This document shows, piece by piece, positions 44,558 through 53,452 of a stretch of DNA of 64,000 nt; position 1 is the first letter of the stretch; each line of letters opens with the position of its first letter. The stretch is from Wickerhamiella versatilis (taxonomy: Eukaryota): contig JAQOWU010000003.1 in the NCBI GenBank assembly GCA_030867685.1, forward strand, positions 186,001 through 250,000. Direction: 5' to 3'. The position numbers and the translations under genes are program-made. Below the pieces are notes generated by a model. The model was not told the origin of the DNA. It saw only the letters and a program-made list of their open reading frames with translations, and made no database searches.

Positions 44558-46708
44558 ATGGCAGGTGCGAATGGATATAGGATCATGAACTGCATGCAAT
44601 GCCGCAAAAGAAAGACCAGGTGTGATCGGAAGATACCTTGCGGGTCCTGCAGAGTGCTCGGGAAAGCATCCGAATGTGTGCCAATGACCCGATCTGTGGT
44701 AGCTGATACCAGTGATACTCATAACGAAAATTCTCCTGTTCAGTCTACGAATCCAAACACTGTTCCTGTCGAGCCTGAGACATCATCTGATGCCGGTCAC
44801 GCTCGTCTGAATCATATCGAGACTTTACTGCTTGGTGCACTGAATGAGGTCCAGATTCTTACACGTAGGCATAACCAGCAGGATGAATTGAATGAGATGG
44901 AATCACATGTGGACTCTAAACGACAGCGTACTGGTGATAGAAGTGGCGATGTTGATACCACTTTAGATAGGTCCAATCTGCTCTCAAAGGTAGAGCACAC
45001 CCTGATGGGGTTTACTTCCGAAGATTTTGAATCTCGGAAGAATCCCCCTAGTACGAATAATGGTGCTGAAATAGCATGCGTTGGTCCCGTGAATTCATCA
45101 GTCGACATGGTAATAGGCCTATTACAACTGATATCGGGTCAGCGGGCCTGTATCCTAGTAAATTACTACTTTGAATCAATCGATTGGTTTGCAAGAGTAC
45201 TAAGTCCAACCACTGGCCGAGACAACTGCCTCAGAATTGCCCGCCTGTCACCTCGTGAAATAGTTGAAAGCTTTTCCCTTCCCCAAGCATGTTGCTATCT
45301 TGCTATTCTGGGTCTCTCATTATACTTTGCATCTAACAGTCTTCTTTCAGAGATAAGCATCAGTTTCACAGATGCTCAATCCATATCAGAACGCCTTATA
45401 GCAGGCTGCGAGGAGATCCTCTGGAAACGGGATTTTGACAGCTCCCAGGACTTAGAGTTCCTGTCCTGTACGATTATAACGAGACTGTATCAGTATCGCC
45501 ATAAAAAGACCGGTGTTGCGGACTGGGCTTTATCAGGGGCAATGGTTAAAGTGGCGCAAAGTCTGGGATGTCACAGGATCGACGCATTGAAGCCGGGTGA
45601 AAGCCTGTGCCCACCATGGTCCAGCTGTATTCAGCGCGAGGTGGGTCGAAGAATATATTGGAGCTTGATTTGGGATGACTGGTCACATTCCACGGTCTCT
45701 GGTGTTTACGCCATCCACCCCAGCCAGACGTTCACGAGACCGCCTGAAAACATTTGCATCGCTGATGACGCCGAAGTCGTCCATAAAGACATCAGTGTAT
45801 ATACCACTTCCACTTATACCGTTTTCTGGATAAAATATGTTGAGGTGTGCCGCCAGATAACTGATTTGAGCTCTATGGTTGGTGGCAGCCTGGACGTGGA
45901 TCAGATCAAGCTGTTTGGTACTGCTTTGGACGAAATTCATAGCTCCATACCAGACTCGTTGAAATATAATGCCACAGAAGAGGACTTGGTTTGCCAGGAC
46001 GGTGGCAGAGCGCGGGTCATGGAAAGGTGCATGCTCGAAATTATGTACCAAAACCGGCTGCTTCGGCTACACCGAGACCATCAAATCCAGGGTTCGTACC
46101 AGCCAGCCTGGTACTTTGCCAAATCTGTGTCCATAAATGCGGCCATGAGAATCGTTCAAATCGTATCCAGATTTAGCGACGACTATCCTGAGCTATTAAA
46201 GTACTATTTGGTTAATTACTATGTCCTTGGCGCGGCAATAACATTGATAACGGAGCTCTGTTGCAAACGCTGGGAAACCACCAACGAGTTACAAGCCTTT
46301 CGAGACTATGTGGTGATAGCCAAACAGCTTTTGGGACGGACCCGGGACAGCTCGTATGTCGCCAGGGTATCTGAAAACGTACTTCATGAGTTGATTGCTG
46401 CCGAGGATTTGGTTCGTGGTGCCTTTATGGCAGAGGATGGCGAGGGTAAATTCCACGAGCTGTCACTAAATCCAGAAAATCGCCAGCTGGCATTACTATT
46501 CAGAGGTGTACTTAAGAACGTATACTTGGAACAAATAAAAGGCTTTGGTAAAGAAGGACAGTATACCCCTGGGAGTAGCAAATCTGGTGGTATCCTGAAT
46601 GCAAGCACCAGTAACCCACCACCCCTTAACCAGTATGGAGCCCAGGATCCATTTACTGCCGATATTATGGAGACTATAGATTCTATAATAGGCGCAGATT
46701 ATGGCTAG
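44558..46708 (+). CDS. Zn2Cys6 transcription factor with fungal TF domain
   Basis: CMQCRKRKTRCDRKIPCGSCRVLGKASEC; AQSLGCHR....REVGRRIYWSL...DW middle-homology region. Confidence 0.9.
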   Translation: MAGANGYRIMNCMQCRKRKTRCDRKIPCGSCRVLGKASECVPMTRSVVADTSDTHNENSPVQSTNPNTVPVEPETSSDAGHARLNHIETLLLGALNEVQILTRRHNQQDELNEMESHVDSKRQRTGDRSGDVDTTLDRSNLLSKVEHTLMGFTSEDFESRKNPPSTNNGAEIACVGPVNSSVDMVIGLLQLISGQRACILVNYYFESIDWFARVLSPTTGRDNCLRIARLSPREIVESFSLPQACCYLAILGLSLYFASNSLLSEISISFTDAQSISERLIAGCEEILWKRDFDSSQDLEFLSCTIITRLYQYRHKKTGVADWALSGAMVKVAQSLGCHRIDALKPGESLCPPWSSCIQREVGRRIYWSLIWDDWSHSTVSGVYAIHPSQTFTRPPENICIADDAEVVHKDISVYTTSTYTVFWIKYVEVCRQITDLSSMVGGSLDVDQIKLFGTALDEIHSSIPDSLKYNATEEDLVCQDGGRARVMERCMLEIMYQNRLLRLHRDHQIQGSYQPAWYFAKSVSINAAMRIVQIVSRFSDDYPELLKYYLVNYYVLGAAITLITELCCKRWETTNELQAFRDYVVIAKQLLGRTRDSSYVARVSENVLHELIAAEDLVRGAFMAEDGEGKFHELSLNPENRQLALLFRGVLKNVYLEQIKGFGKEGQYTPGSSKSGGILNASTSNPPPLNQYGAQDPFTADIMETIDSIIGADYG

Positions 46709-46752
46709 CACCATTTCTGGGTTATAATTTTGTGCATACTTATTTATTCGAA

Positions 46753-46818
46753 GCCCCGGCGAAATGCCGCGGGGGCCCCGGCCTGTCAAAAAAATTATAT
46801 AATAGGACTGTATATATA
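46753..46818 (+). promoter_or_regulatory. GC-rich element and TATA box upstream of the phenolic acid decarboxylase
   Basis: GCCCCGGC at 46753 and 46775, CGG-N7-CCG at 46757-46769, TATATATA at 46811. Confidence 0.5.
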
Positions 46819-46861
46819 CGGCACGCCCGTGCTCAGCTCAGCGAGCTTGTCGCCATTTAAA

Positions 46862-47398
46862 ATGTCAGAATTTAAAACAGATGAGAATTTTGATTCCACC
46901 AAGCCCGAGGAGCTGGGATTCTTCGTGGGGAAACATATGATTTACACCTACGATAATGGATGGCAATATGAAGTATACATCAAGAACCCTACGACAATTG
47001 ACTACCGTATTCATAGCGGAATCGTTGGTGGAAGGTGGGTCCGTGACCAGACAGTGCATCTGGTAGCGCTTGCCAAAGATATATGCAAGCTGTCCTGGGA
47101 CGAGCCGACGGGTACAGCAGTCTCGTTAGCATTCAACTTTACCACCAATAAGACCCATGGCACGATATTCTTCCCTCAGTGGATAAAGCAGGATCCTAAA
47201 AAGACTGTGTGCTACCAAAACGACCACATTCCTCTCATGCTCAAATACCGTGCTGAGGGACCCACCTACCCGAAGTTTGTGATTGACGAGTTCTCAACCC
47301 TCACTTTCATTGAAGACTGTGGCGAGAACAACGAGGAGGTCATCAACCGTGGTCCCGAGTCACTTGACAAAGAGTATACAACCAGACGCAACGTGTAA
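46862..47398 (+). CDS. padC: Cofactor-free phenolic acid (hydroxycinnamate) decarboxylase, PadC family
   Basis: GKHMIYTYDNGWQYE.YIKN..TIDYRIHSG.VGGRWV, SWDEPTGT.VSL, HG.IFFP.W, KTVCYQNDHI..M..YR..GPTYP; ATG at 46862. Confidence 0.94.
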   Translation: MSEFKTDENFDSTKPEELGFFVGKHMIYTYDNGWQYEVYIKNPTTIDYRIHSGIVGGRWVRDQTVHLVALAKDICKLSWDEPTGTAVSLAFNFTTNKTHGTIFFPQWIKQDPKKTVCYQNDHIPLMLKYRAEGPTYPKFVIDEFSTLTFIEDCGENNEEVINRGPESLDKEYTTRRNV

Positions 47399-47519
47399 TG
47401 TGCATCATTAACAAGCATCATACGTATGTATATATAGGAGGACCAGCCCTAAATACAAAATTAATGCTCACTCTAATATGCCACCATGCTATCCATATTT
47501 ACATATACACGGGCAAATT

Positions 47520-48671
47520 TTAGATGTCCAGTCCCAAAACTCGCGATGCGTTACCACCAAGAATATCGCTTTTCTTTTTCTCGTCAGCATCCAAGCACTT
47601 GCCGATGACCGACTTGTTGCTTTCCACACTTAGCCATTTGCCTGACTTATCACCAAGGGGAGGAAAGAAGGGATGGTCAGTGCCAAACATAACTCTGTCG
47701 GTGCTACCTGCGGCTTCAATGGCTGCCTTCAGCCCAGGAGTGCCGTAAATGACGGCATCCAGGTAAATATTCTCATGTAGCACCTCCCATATACTGCGCT
47801 GGGGGCCTTGCTTTTCACCGCCATTGGCAATAAATTCGCGCTCGTGGGCGACACAGGATTCTATTCGACCAGCTAGGAACGGCAACGTACCACCCGAATG
47901 GGCGAGCAGGAATTGGATTTGGGGATGACGGTCAAAGACACCTGAGAGATACATTCGTGAAACAGCGATTGTTGTTTCCAGAGGGAAGCCCAGTGCCAGC
48001 GGGAGGACATGGCCGAACCGCGCAACCACCTCAGAACCTCCATAAGCGATATCAGGAAGGCCATAATGAGGATGCAAAAATACCATGGTATTGGTCGCAG
48101 CCAGTGCCTCATATACTGGATCGAGGGCCGGGTCATCAAGACCGCCACCCAGTCCCGTGGTACCCATAATAATGCCTTTGATATGGTCTAAGGATTGCAG
48201 ACGATATATCTCAGCAGCAATGTCAGATGCCGGGGCTGAGAGAGGTAAACAGCCGAACGCATACAGCTTGAGAGGCCCATCCTTCTGAATATCAGGATTA
48301 TTATTATTTTCACGGCACTCTGAGTCAAGGTCATTGTTGATTTTTTGGGCTGACTTTAGCGCCTCAGCAGGATCCAGGAAGTCCAGCCAGGGGTTTGCCA
48401 GCGATACCACTGAGCAATGGATACCATGAAGCGCCATGAAGCGTCGTTTTTCCTCGAACGAAGAGTAGCTCTTATCTATGGGCCTTCCCCGCACGGACAG
48501 AGGCCGCGACGGATCGTCATCAGATGCTAAAATGATCAGTCTGGGGTCTTCTGAAGGATCAGGGGAATTGTAAACGTATGGCACTGTGGAGCGAGACGAC
48601 AGAAGGTCCATATATGAGGGGGGATAGATGTGCGTGTGGATATCCACCACGGTCATAGGGGGAGATGACAT
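47520..48671 (-). CDS. Uracil-5-carboxylate (isoorotate) decarboxylase, amidohydrolase_2 family
   Basis: VVDIHTHIYPPSY, SVVSLANPWLDF, GT.GLG.GLDDP, FLHPHYGLP, GHVLPLALGFP.ETTIAV.RMY, AHSGGTLPFLAGRIESC, MFGTDHPFFPP match fungal IDCases. Confidence 0.88.
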   Translation of the reverse strand: MSSPPMTVVDIHTHIYPPSYMDLLSSRSTVPYVYNSPDPSEDPRLIILASDDDPSRPLSVRGRPIDKSYSSFEEKRRFMALHGIHCSVVSLANPWLDFLDPAEALKSAQKINNDLDSECRENNNNPDIQKDGPLKLYAFGCLPLSAPASDIAAEIYRLQSLDHIKGIIMGTTGLGGGLDDPALDPVYEALAATNTMVFLHPHYGLPDIAYGGSEVVARFGHVLPLALGFPLETTIAVSRMYLSGVFDRHPQIQFLLAHSGGTLPFLAGRIESCVAHEREFIANGGEKQGPQRSIWEVLHENIYLDAVIYGTPGLKAAIEAAGSTDRVMFGTDHPFFPPLGDKSGKWLSVESNKSVIGKCLDADEKKKSDILGGNASRVLGLDI

Positions 48672-48810
48672 TCTGTTGGTGTTGCAGAGGGGCCAGCGGT
48701 TACTCTAGAAACCAGCGGTATGTACAAATTGCAGACTAGGTAGCGATGTATAAGTTCGGTACCACCAGCTTGCTGATAACGTTTCTCAGACCTTGGTTTA
48801 TAATCATCAA

Positions 48811-48868
48811 TCCGCGGAGCGGGGCACATTATCTGTCGTTTGAATCGGGGTTAAGCGGCGGGGTTAAG
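48811..48868. promoter_or_regulatory. Divergent-promoter elements: TCCGCGGA palindrome and CGGGGTTAAG direct repeat
   Basis: tccgcgga 48811-48818; cggggttaag 48846-48855 and 48859-48868. Confidence 0.6.
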
Positions 48869-49046
48869 TTTAGTATGAGACAACTCTCAGAGAAACATTG
48901 TACGGTGGATATTAATGCATAGTAGGTGAAATAGATATAATAGCAACAAAAAATCGTTATCAATCAAAAGGTCATGAGAACTCAAAAGGATAGGATGACT
49001 ATTCGACTATTTATAATCATATCAGCACCCCCAGTCTCTCATCCTC

Positions 49047-50036
49047 ATGATAGATATTTCGCAAGCACCGCTTTCTATTGTCGACCTAAGCGCATTTAAA
49101 TCTCCTGATGCAAGTGTACGGGCGGCTGAGGCGACCAAAATGAGAGATGCGTGCATCAAGTCTGGCTTTTTCTACATAAAAAATCATGACTTCGATCCAG
49201 AGGTTATCACCGCTGTTCGCAAGCAGTCCAAGGAGTTTTTCGACTTGCCTCTCAAAGATAAGGACGAGATCGACATCCGTTACTCTAACTGTTATCGAGG
49301 CTACGAGCCGTTGCGCGGTCAACGGCTTGAGGCAGGTGCTCCACCAGATGTCAAGGAGGGCTTTTATATGGGTCGGCATAAGGAATTGGACGATCCAGAG
49401 ATTAAGGGAAGATTCAATCAGGGACCAAACCAGTGGCCCTCGAAACTCCCTAACTTCAAGCCTACGTTGGAAACCTATTATAAGCACTGCACTGCAATCA
49501 TGGAAACCCTCATGAATGGACTTGCTCTTTCATTGGGACTCTCAGAGAAGTATTTCGTTGAAAATGGTTTTCTGAAGGATCCAATAGGTACATTGCGTCT
49601 ACTGCATTACCCACCACATCCTGTGGACGCCCAGCCAGATGAGAAGGGCTGTGGCGCCCACACAGACTTCGGGGCGGTGACCATATTGTTTCAGGATGAT
49701 TCCGGTGGGCTTCAGGTTCTCTCTGCAGATGGCAAGCAATGGATAGATGCTCCACCTATAGAAGGTACGTTTGTCGTCAACATGGGCGATCTAATAAGTC
49801 GCTGGACGAACGAAAAATACCATTCAAACGTTCACCGAGTCATAAACAAGTCCGGGCGTGACCGCTATTCTATCCCCTTTTTTTTCGAGGGCGGTTTGGA
49901 TTGCCTTGTTGAATGCCTGCCGACGTGCCTCGATGAGGGTGAGACGCCAAAGTATCCTCCCATCACAGTGGAAGATAACCTTAGAAACTGCTTCAACCGC
50001 ACCTATGGAGGTGTGAGGGAGGAAGTTGCAGCATGA
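49047..50036 (+). CDS. 2-oxoglutarate/Fe(II) dioxygenase, IPNS / thymine-7-hydroxylase superfamily
   Basis: GFFYIKNH, RGYEP, PDVKE, GPNQWP, LRLLHYPP, HTD..H facial triad (GAHTDFG, SNVHRV), RYSIPFF. Confidence 0.88.
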   Translation: MIDISQAPLSIVDLSAFKSPDASVRAAEATKMRDACIKSGFFYIKNHDFDPEVITAVRKQSKEFFDLPLKDKDEIDIRYSNCYRGYEPLRGQRLEAGAPPDVKEGFYMGRHKELDDPEIKGRFNQGPNQWPSKLPNFKPTLETYYKHCTAIMETLMNGLALSLGLSEKYFVENGFLKDPIGTLRLLHYPPHPVDAQPDEKGCGAHTDFGAVTILFQDDSGGLQVLSADGKQWIDAPPIEGTFVVNMGDLISRWTNEKYHSNVHRVINKSGRDRYSIPFFFEGGLDCLVECLPTCLDEGETPKYPPITVEDNLRNCFNRTYGGVREEVAA

Positions 50037-50160
50037 TAATAAGGCTTTGCTACTTCTAATATACGTTTCGTTTCAGAATAGCTTGTCTTTTTATTAAAGA
50101 GAGTAGAGGTTAAATAATTTTATCGAGTCATTACGCAATATAAAAAGTTCTCGCCTGGAA

Positions 50161-52029
50161 TCATGGTGTCTCAGTCGAGCTGTTAATCGACCGTGTAGAT
50201 TCATGGCTTCTCTGGCTGAGCTTGCCGGAATCAAGACCGTTATCGCGAACCTCTTCGTCAAAGAACTCAACGTCCACATTCTTCTCAAGCCAAATTTTGC
50301 TAAACGGTCGACCTTGAACCTCTACAGGTATCCCTTCAGGGGGGGATATCCAGCAGAACAGCATATATAACAAGGATGACAAAATGAAACCGACAAAGTA
50401 ATTAAGACGGTACAGGTATTTTGCACCAACGGGTACAGAAAGGCTCTGTCCCACAAATCCCGGCATATTGGGTACCAACGCTAACAAATATGCCGCGAAT
50501 CCTCGCCAGTTACATCCGAAAGAGGTCTTGTACATGTAGGGGGAGCTCTTGGAACCATTATAAAGATTTTTGAGATCAAGTTTCCCATGGCGAAGCCATG
50601 TATAATCCGTCAGAACCACGCCAGAAATACACGACAAAAAAACAGCATAGGCAGATAGATAAGTAGTGAACTGTGAAGAAGCTGAAAAGAAATGCCAAGG
50701 ACAAATACATAGAGCCAATGCGGCGCAAAGGAATGCACCTCGCCGAATGTTCATAAATTTTGGCAGGAAGGATGTCATATCAGTGCCAGCACTTAGCGAA
50801 TTCGCACATACGTTGGTGCCGAGTTGGCAGATAAGAAGTCCTAAAGCAATGAGAAACCCTCCACCTCGGCAGCCAGCGGTACCTGTGTTCACCCACTTAT
50901 CAAGTACCTTAAGGGGATCCCATGCCCATGTTATATCCTTTCCATACGTGGACTGTGCAGTTGAAGCTATGATGATACCCACAAGGGACGTAACCCCGAA
51001 TCCAAATGGGATGGTAATAAGTTGCGACCAGGTTGAATCAGAGGGTTTTGTGGAAAGACGAGAAAAATCTGGTGCATTCAGAACGAGCGTTGCATAGTTT
51101 GCCATTGCATTCATTACCGCATCGACGAAGGCCCAGCCTTCGTACCAACCTTCATCATGCGGATCACTCTTGTCAAACTTTATGTCGTTCTTGGGATGGT
51201 TAATCAGGTCTCCACCACCATGGTTCCGCACAAGCGCCCATATGAGAAAGCCAAATATCGTAAAAGGGGCAACGATTGCCTTCAATGTGAAAAGGTGACG
51301 AATCTGGTGAGGAGGGAACCACATGGCTGGCAAGTGGATAACCCACGCAATGAAGAAAGAAACAAACTCAAAAACAGACGTTCCACTTAAGTTTTTCTTA
51401 TCCCCCATTCGTTTTCCCACACGAGGATCGAAAATGCCTTTTAGCATTATCTGAACGCACTCACCTCCTATCCAGGTTTGAGAGCTAAACCAAATGATTG
51501 CCATGACCACGCGATTTATAACCGGCCACAACGATCCATAAACCCCAAATGATGCACGGCAAGACACCGGAAAACTAATATGATAGTATGCACCCACTCG
51601 GGACGCCCAGGTGATCAGGCACGCAGAAATGCCGTAACCAATCCAAATTCCAAGCCATGCTTCCCACCAAGTGAGCCCAGACTGTATACTACTACCTGCA
51701 ATCTGAAACGTGTTGACATTGATGGCATCAGCGAGCCACATCATCACGAAGTTGTACCATCCCCATGTGCGGCGAGCCTTTTCGACCGGCTTCAGGTCGA
51801 AATTATATAGGAAAAGCTGACTGAGTTTCAGACCTTCAGTATCACTTGTCTCCAGCCATCGAAGCCACTGGCGGCCACTTTTCCAGTTGTGCGGAATGTG
51901 GCCCTGCGGCTGGAGGCCTTTCATATCAAGATCAGAATGGCCATATGATTCTACCTGCCCTTCATCCAGGGAATTCCGGGACGACCTGGAGTATTGATCG
52001 CCGCCTTTTTTGTCCAGGTGCTCATTCAT
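50161..52029 (-). CDS. NCS1 nucleobase permease (Fur4/Dal4 type)
   Basis: LYNFDLKPVE..RRTWGWYNF..W.AD..NVNT.QI, YHISFPV..RASFG, NAPDFSR, N..ANSLSAGTDMT..LP...NIRRG, PW.F. Confidence 0.92.
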   Translation of the reverse strand: MNEHLDKKGGDQYSRSSRNSLDEGQVESYGHSDLDMKGLQPQGHIPHNWKSGRQWLRWLETSDTEGLKLSQLFLYNFDLKPVEKARRTWGWYNFVMMWLADAINVNTFQIAGSSIQSGLTWWEAWLGIWIGYGISACLITWASRVGAYYHISFPVSCRASFGVYGSLWPVINRVVMAIIWFSSQTWIGGECVQIMLKGIFDPRVGKRMGDKKNLSGTSVFEFVSFFIAWVIHLPAMWFPPHQIRHLFTLKAIVAPFTIFGFLIWALVRNHGGGDLINHPKNDIKFDKSDPHDEGWYEGWAFVDAVMNAMANYATLVLNAPDFSRLSTKPSDSTWSQLITIPFGFGVTSLVGIIIASTAQSTYGKDITWAWDPLKVLDKWVNTGTAGCRGGGFLIALGLLICQLGTNVCANSLSAGTDMTSFLPKFMNIRRGAFLCAALALCICPWHFFSASSQFTTYLSAYAVFLSCISGVVLTDYTWLRHGKLDLKNLYNGSKSSPYMYKTSFGCNWRGFAAYLLALVPNMPGFVGQSLSVPVGAKYLYRLNYFVGFILSSLLYMLFCWISPPEGIPVEVQGRPFSKIWLEKNVDVEFFDEEVRDNGLDSGKLSQRSHESTRSINSSTETP

Positions 52030-52452
52030 CTCAAAATACCACAGATAGTAAGAGAGTGATGAAGATTACCAGTGAATTCAGTACTTTCTGACATATCTCC
52101 CTCCCACTGCAGGCTTAGTTGCATAAAGCTGACAAATTTAAAGCGTTTGGTCTGCGCAGTATCTTGTCGTAAAGATTTCCTGATATATAGGTAACAGTAC
52201 TCGGAAAAAGCTTTGTTACCTTTGACTTTGCGACATCTATATCCCCTTTAGTTCAAACCACCATACCATCGCGGAAATTGCTTATCAAGGTCGACTAGTT
52301 GATTTGTAAATATCTGACAAATAGTAATGCTATTGCCGCGGAGATTACTTGCTCTCGTGATAAGTGAAGATCATATAGTATGCTAAAACCTAAAGTGGGC
52401 TATCTTGCATTGTCCAGCCAGTCTCAGGTAATGAAGTGATGATTGCTAGAAT

Positions 52453-53349
52453 TTATAGCTTAGATTCTAATTTTTTTTTCAGGCCAGCTCTCTGATACGA
52501 CATTTCTGCCAAGGAAGACCAATCCTTGTCTTCGTACCCAGTGGCCTTGGCCTGGATGAGACTATCACGCACGACTCCAGCCAGTGGCAGTGGCACTCGT
52601 GCATTATCACCAGCCTCTAAAGCTAGCCTAACGTCCTTAAGCCCTAGAGGAAGCTTGAAGCCGACAGGTTCGTACTCGCGCCTTCGGATGAACTGTGAAT
52701 AGCCCCTATAAACTCCGCACGGAAACAAGGCCTCCAAATAGAGGTCAATCATGTCATTGCGGTCGATGCCGTGTGCAGTAGCTAGGGCAGTTGCTTCTGC
52801 CATAGCCTCGATAGCCGAGGCAATCATCATGTTTCCTGAGATCTTCACCACATTGGCTTGAAACGGCATATTTCCCACATGCCATACTTTCACACTTACC
52901 GCTGAAAGCAAAGGTCGCAGGTTTTCCACATGTTCGGGCTTTCCACCCGCAACCAGATGTAATGCACCGGCTGCTGCGGCATCGGGACGCCCAAATACTG
53001 GACAGGCCACATATTCTACCCCGTGCGCGGCGTGCATTTTTTCGAGGTGTTTCGCATAGTTGACAGAGACGGTGGAGAAGTTTACGTGCAGCAAGGGCGT
53101 CCGGGCAGACTTAAGCCAGCCAGATTCAATGAGAGTACCCTGAATGGCATCGTCATGGGCCAGCATTGAAAACACTATGCCATACTTAGTCGCGTCTTCT
53201 GGTCTAGAGGCAATTTGTGCACCTACTTTCGCGAGTTCAGCCACTGGTTCGGAAAATCTGTCCCACACCACGACCTCGTGGCCAGCCTTTAGAAGGTTTC
53301 GGACGATTCCGTCACCCATTATTCCAATGCCAATAAACCCGACTTTCAT
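52453..53349 (-). CDS. beta-hydroxyacid dehydrogenase (YfjR / 3-hydroxyisobutyrate dehydrogenase family), bacterial-like, C-terminal SKL
   Basis: MKVGFIGIGIMG, HVNFSTVS, PVFGRPDAAAAG, ANVVKISGN (catalytic Lys), GFKLPLGLKDVRLA, DWS; ends KKKLESKL. Confidence 0.88.
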   Translation of the reverse strand: MKVGFIGIGIMGDGIVRNLLKAGHEVVVWDRFSEPVAELAKVGAQIASRPEDATKYGIVFSMLAHDDAIQGTLIESGWLKSARTPLLHVNFSTVSVNYAKHLEKMHAAHGVEYVACPVFGRPDAAAAGALHLVAGGKPEHVENLRPLLSAVSVKVWHVGNMPFQANVVKISGNMMIASAIEAMAEATALATAHGIDRNDMIDLYLEALFPCGVYRGYSQFIRRREYEPVGFKLPLGLKDVRLALEAGDNARVPLPLAGVVRDSLIQAKATGYEDKDWSSLAEMSYQRAGLKKKLESKL

Positions 53350-53452
53350 TTCAATCACCTAGCGAAACCAGAGCAGAGGATCACAAGTCACAAATTACAA
53401 ACTACGAATCACAATTGTTATCTATGTGCCTTAGTTAATTGATTATATAGTG

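Noticed and set aside
46730-46861. 44-residue N-terminal extension of PAD in the ORF track
   Set aside because: TTG start; the region contains a TATA box and promoter-like elements; PAD homology begins after the ATG at 46862
49047-50036. Naming the oxygenase thymine-7-hydroxylase outright
   Set aside because: Same superfamily and suggestive context, but several segments differ from the Neurospora enzyme as I recall it; left as a hypothesis
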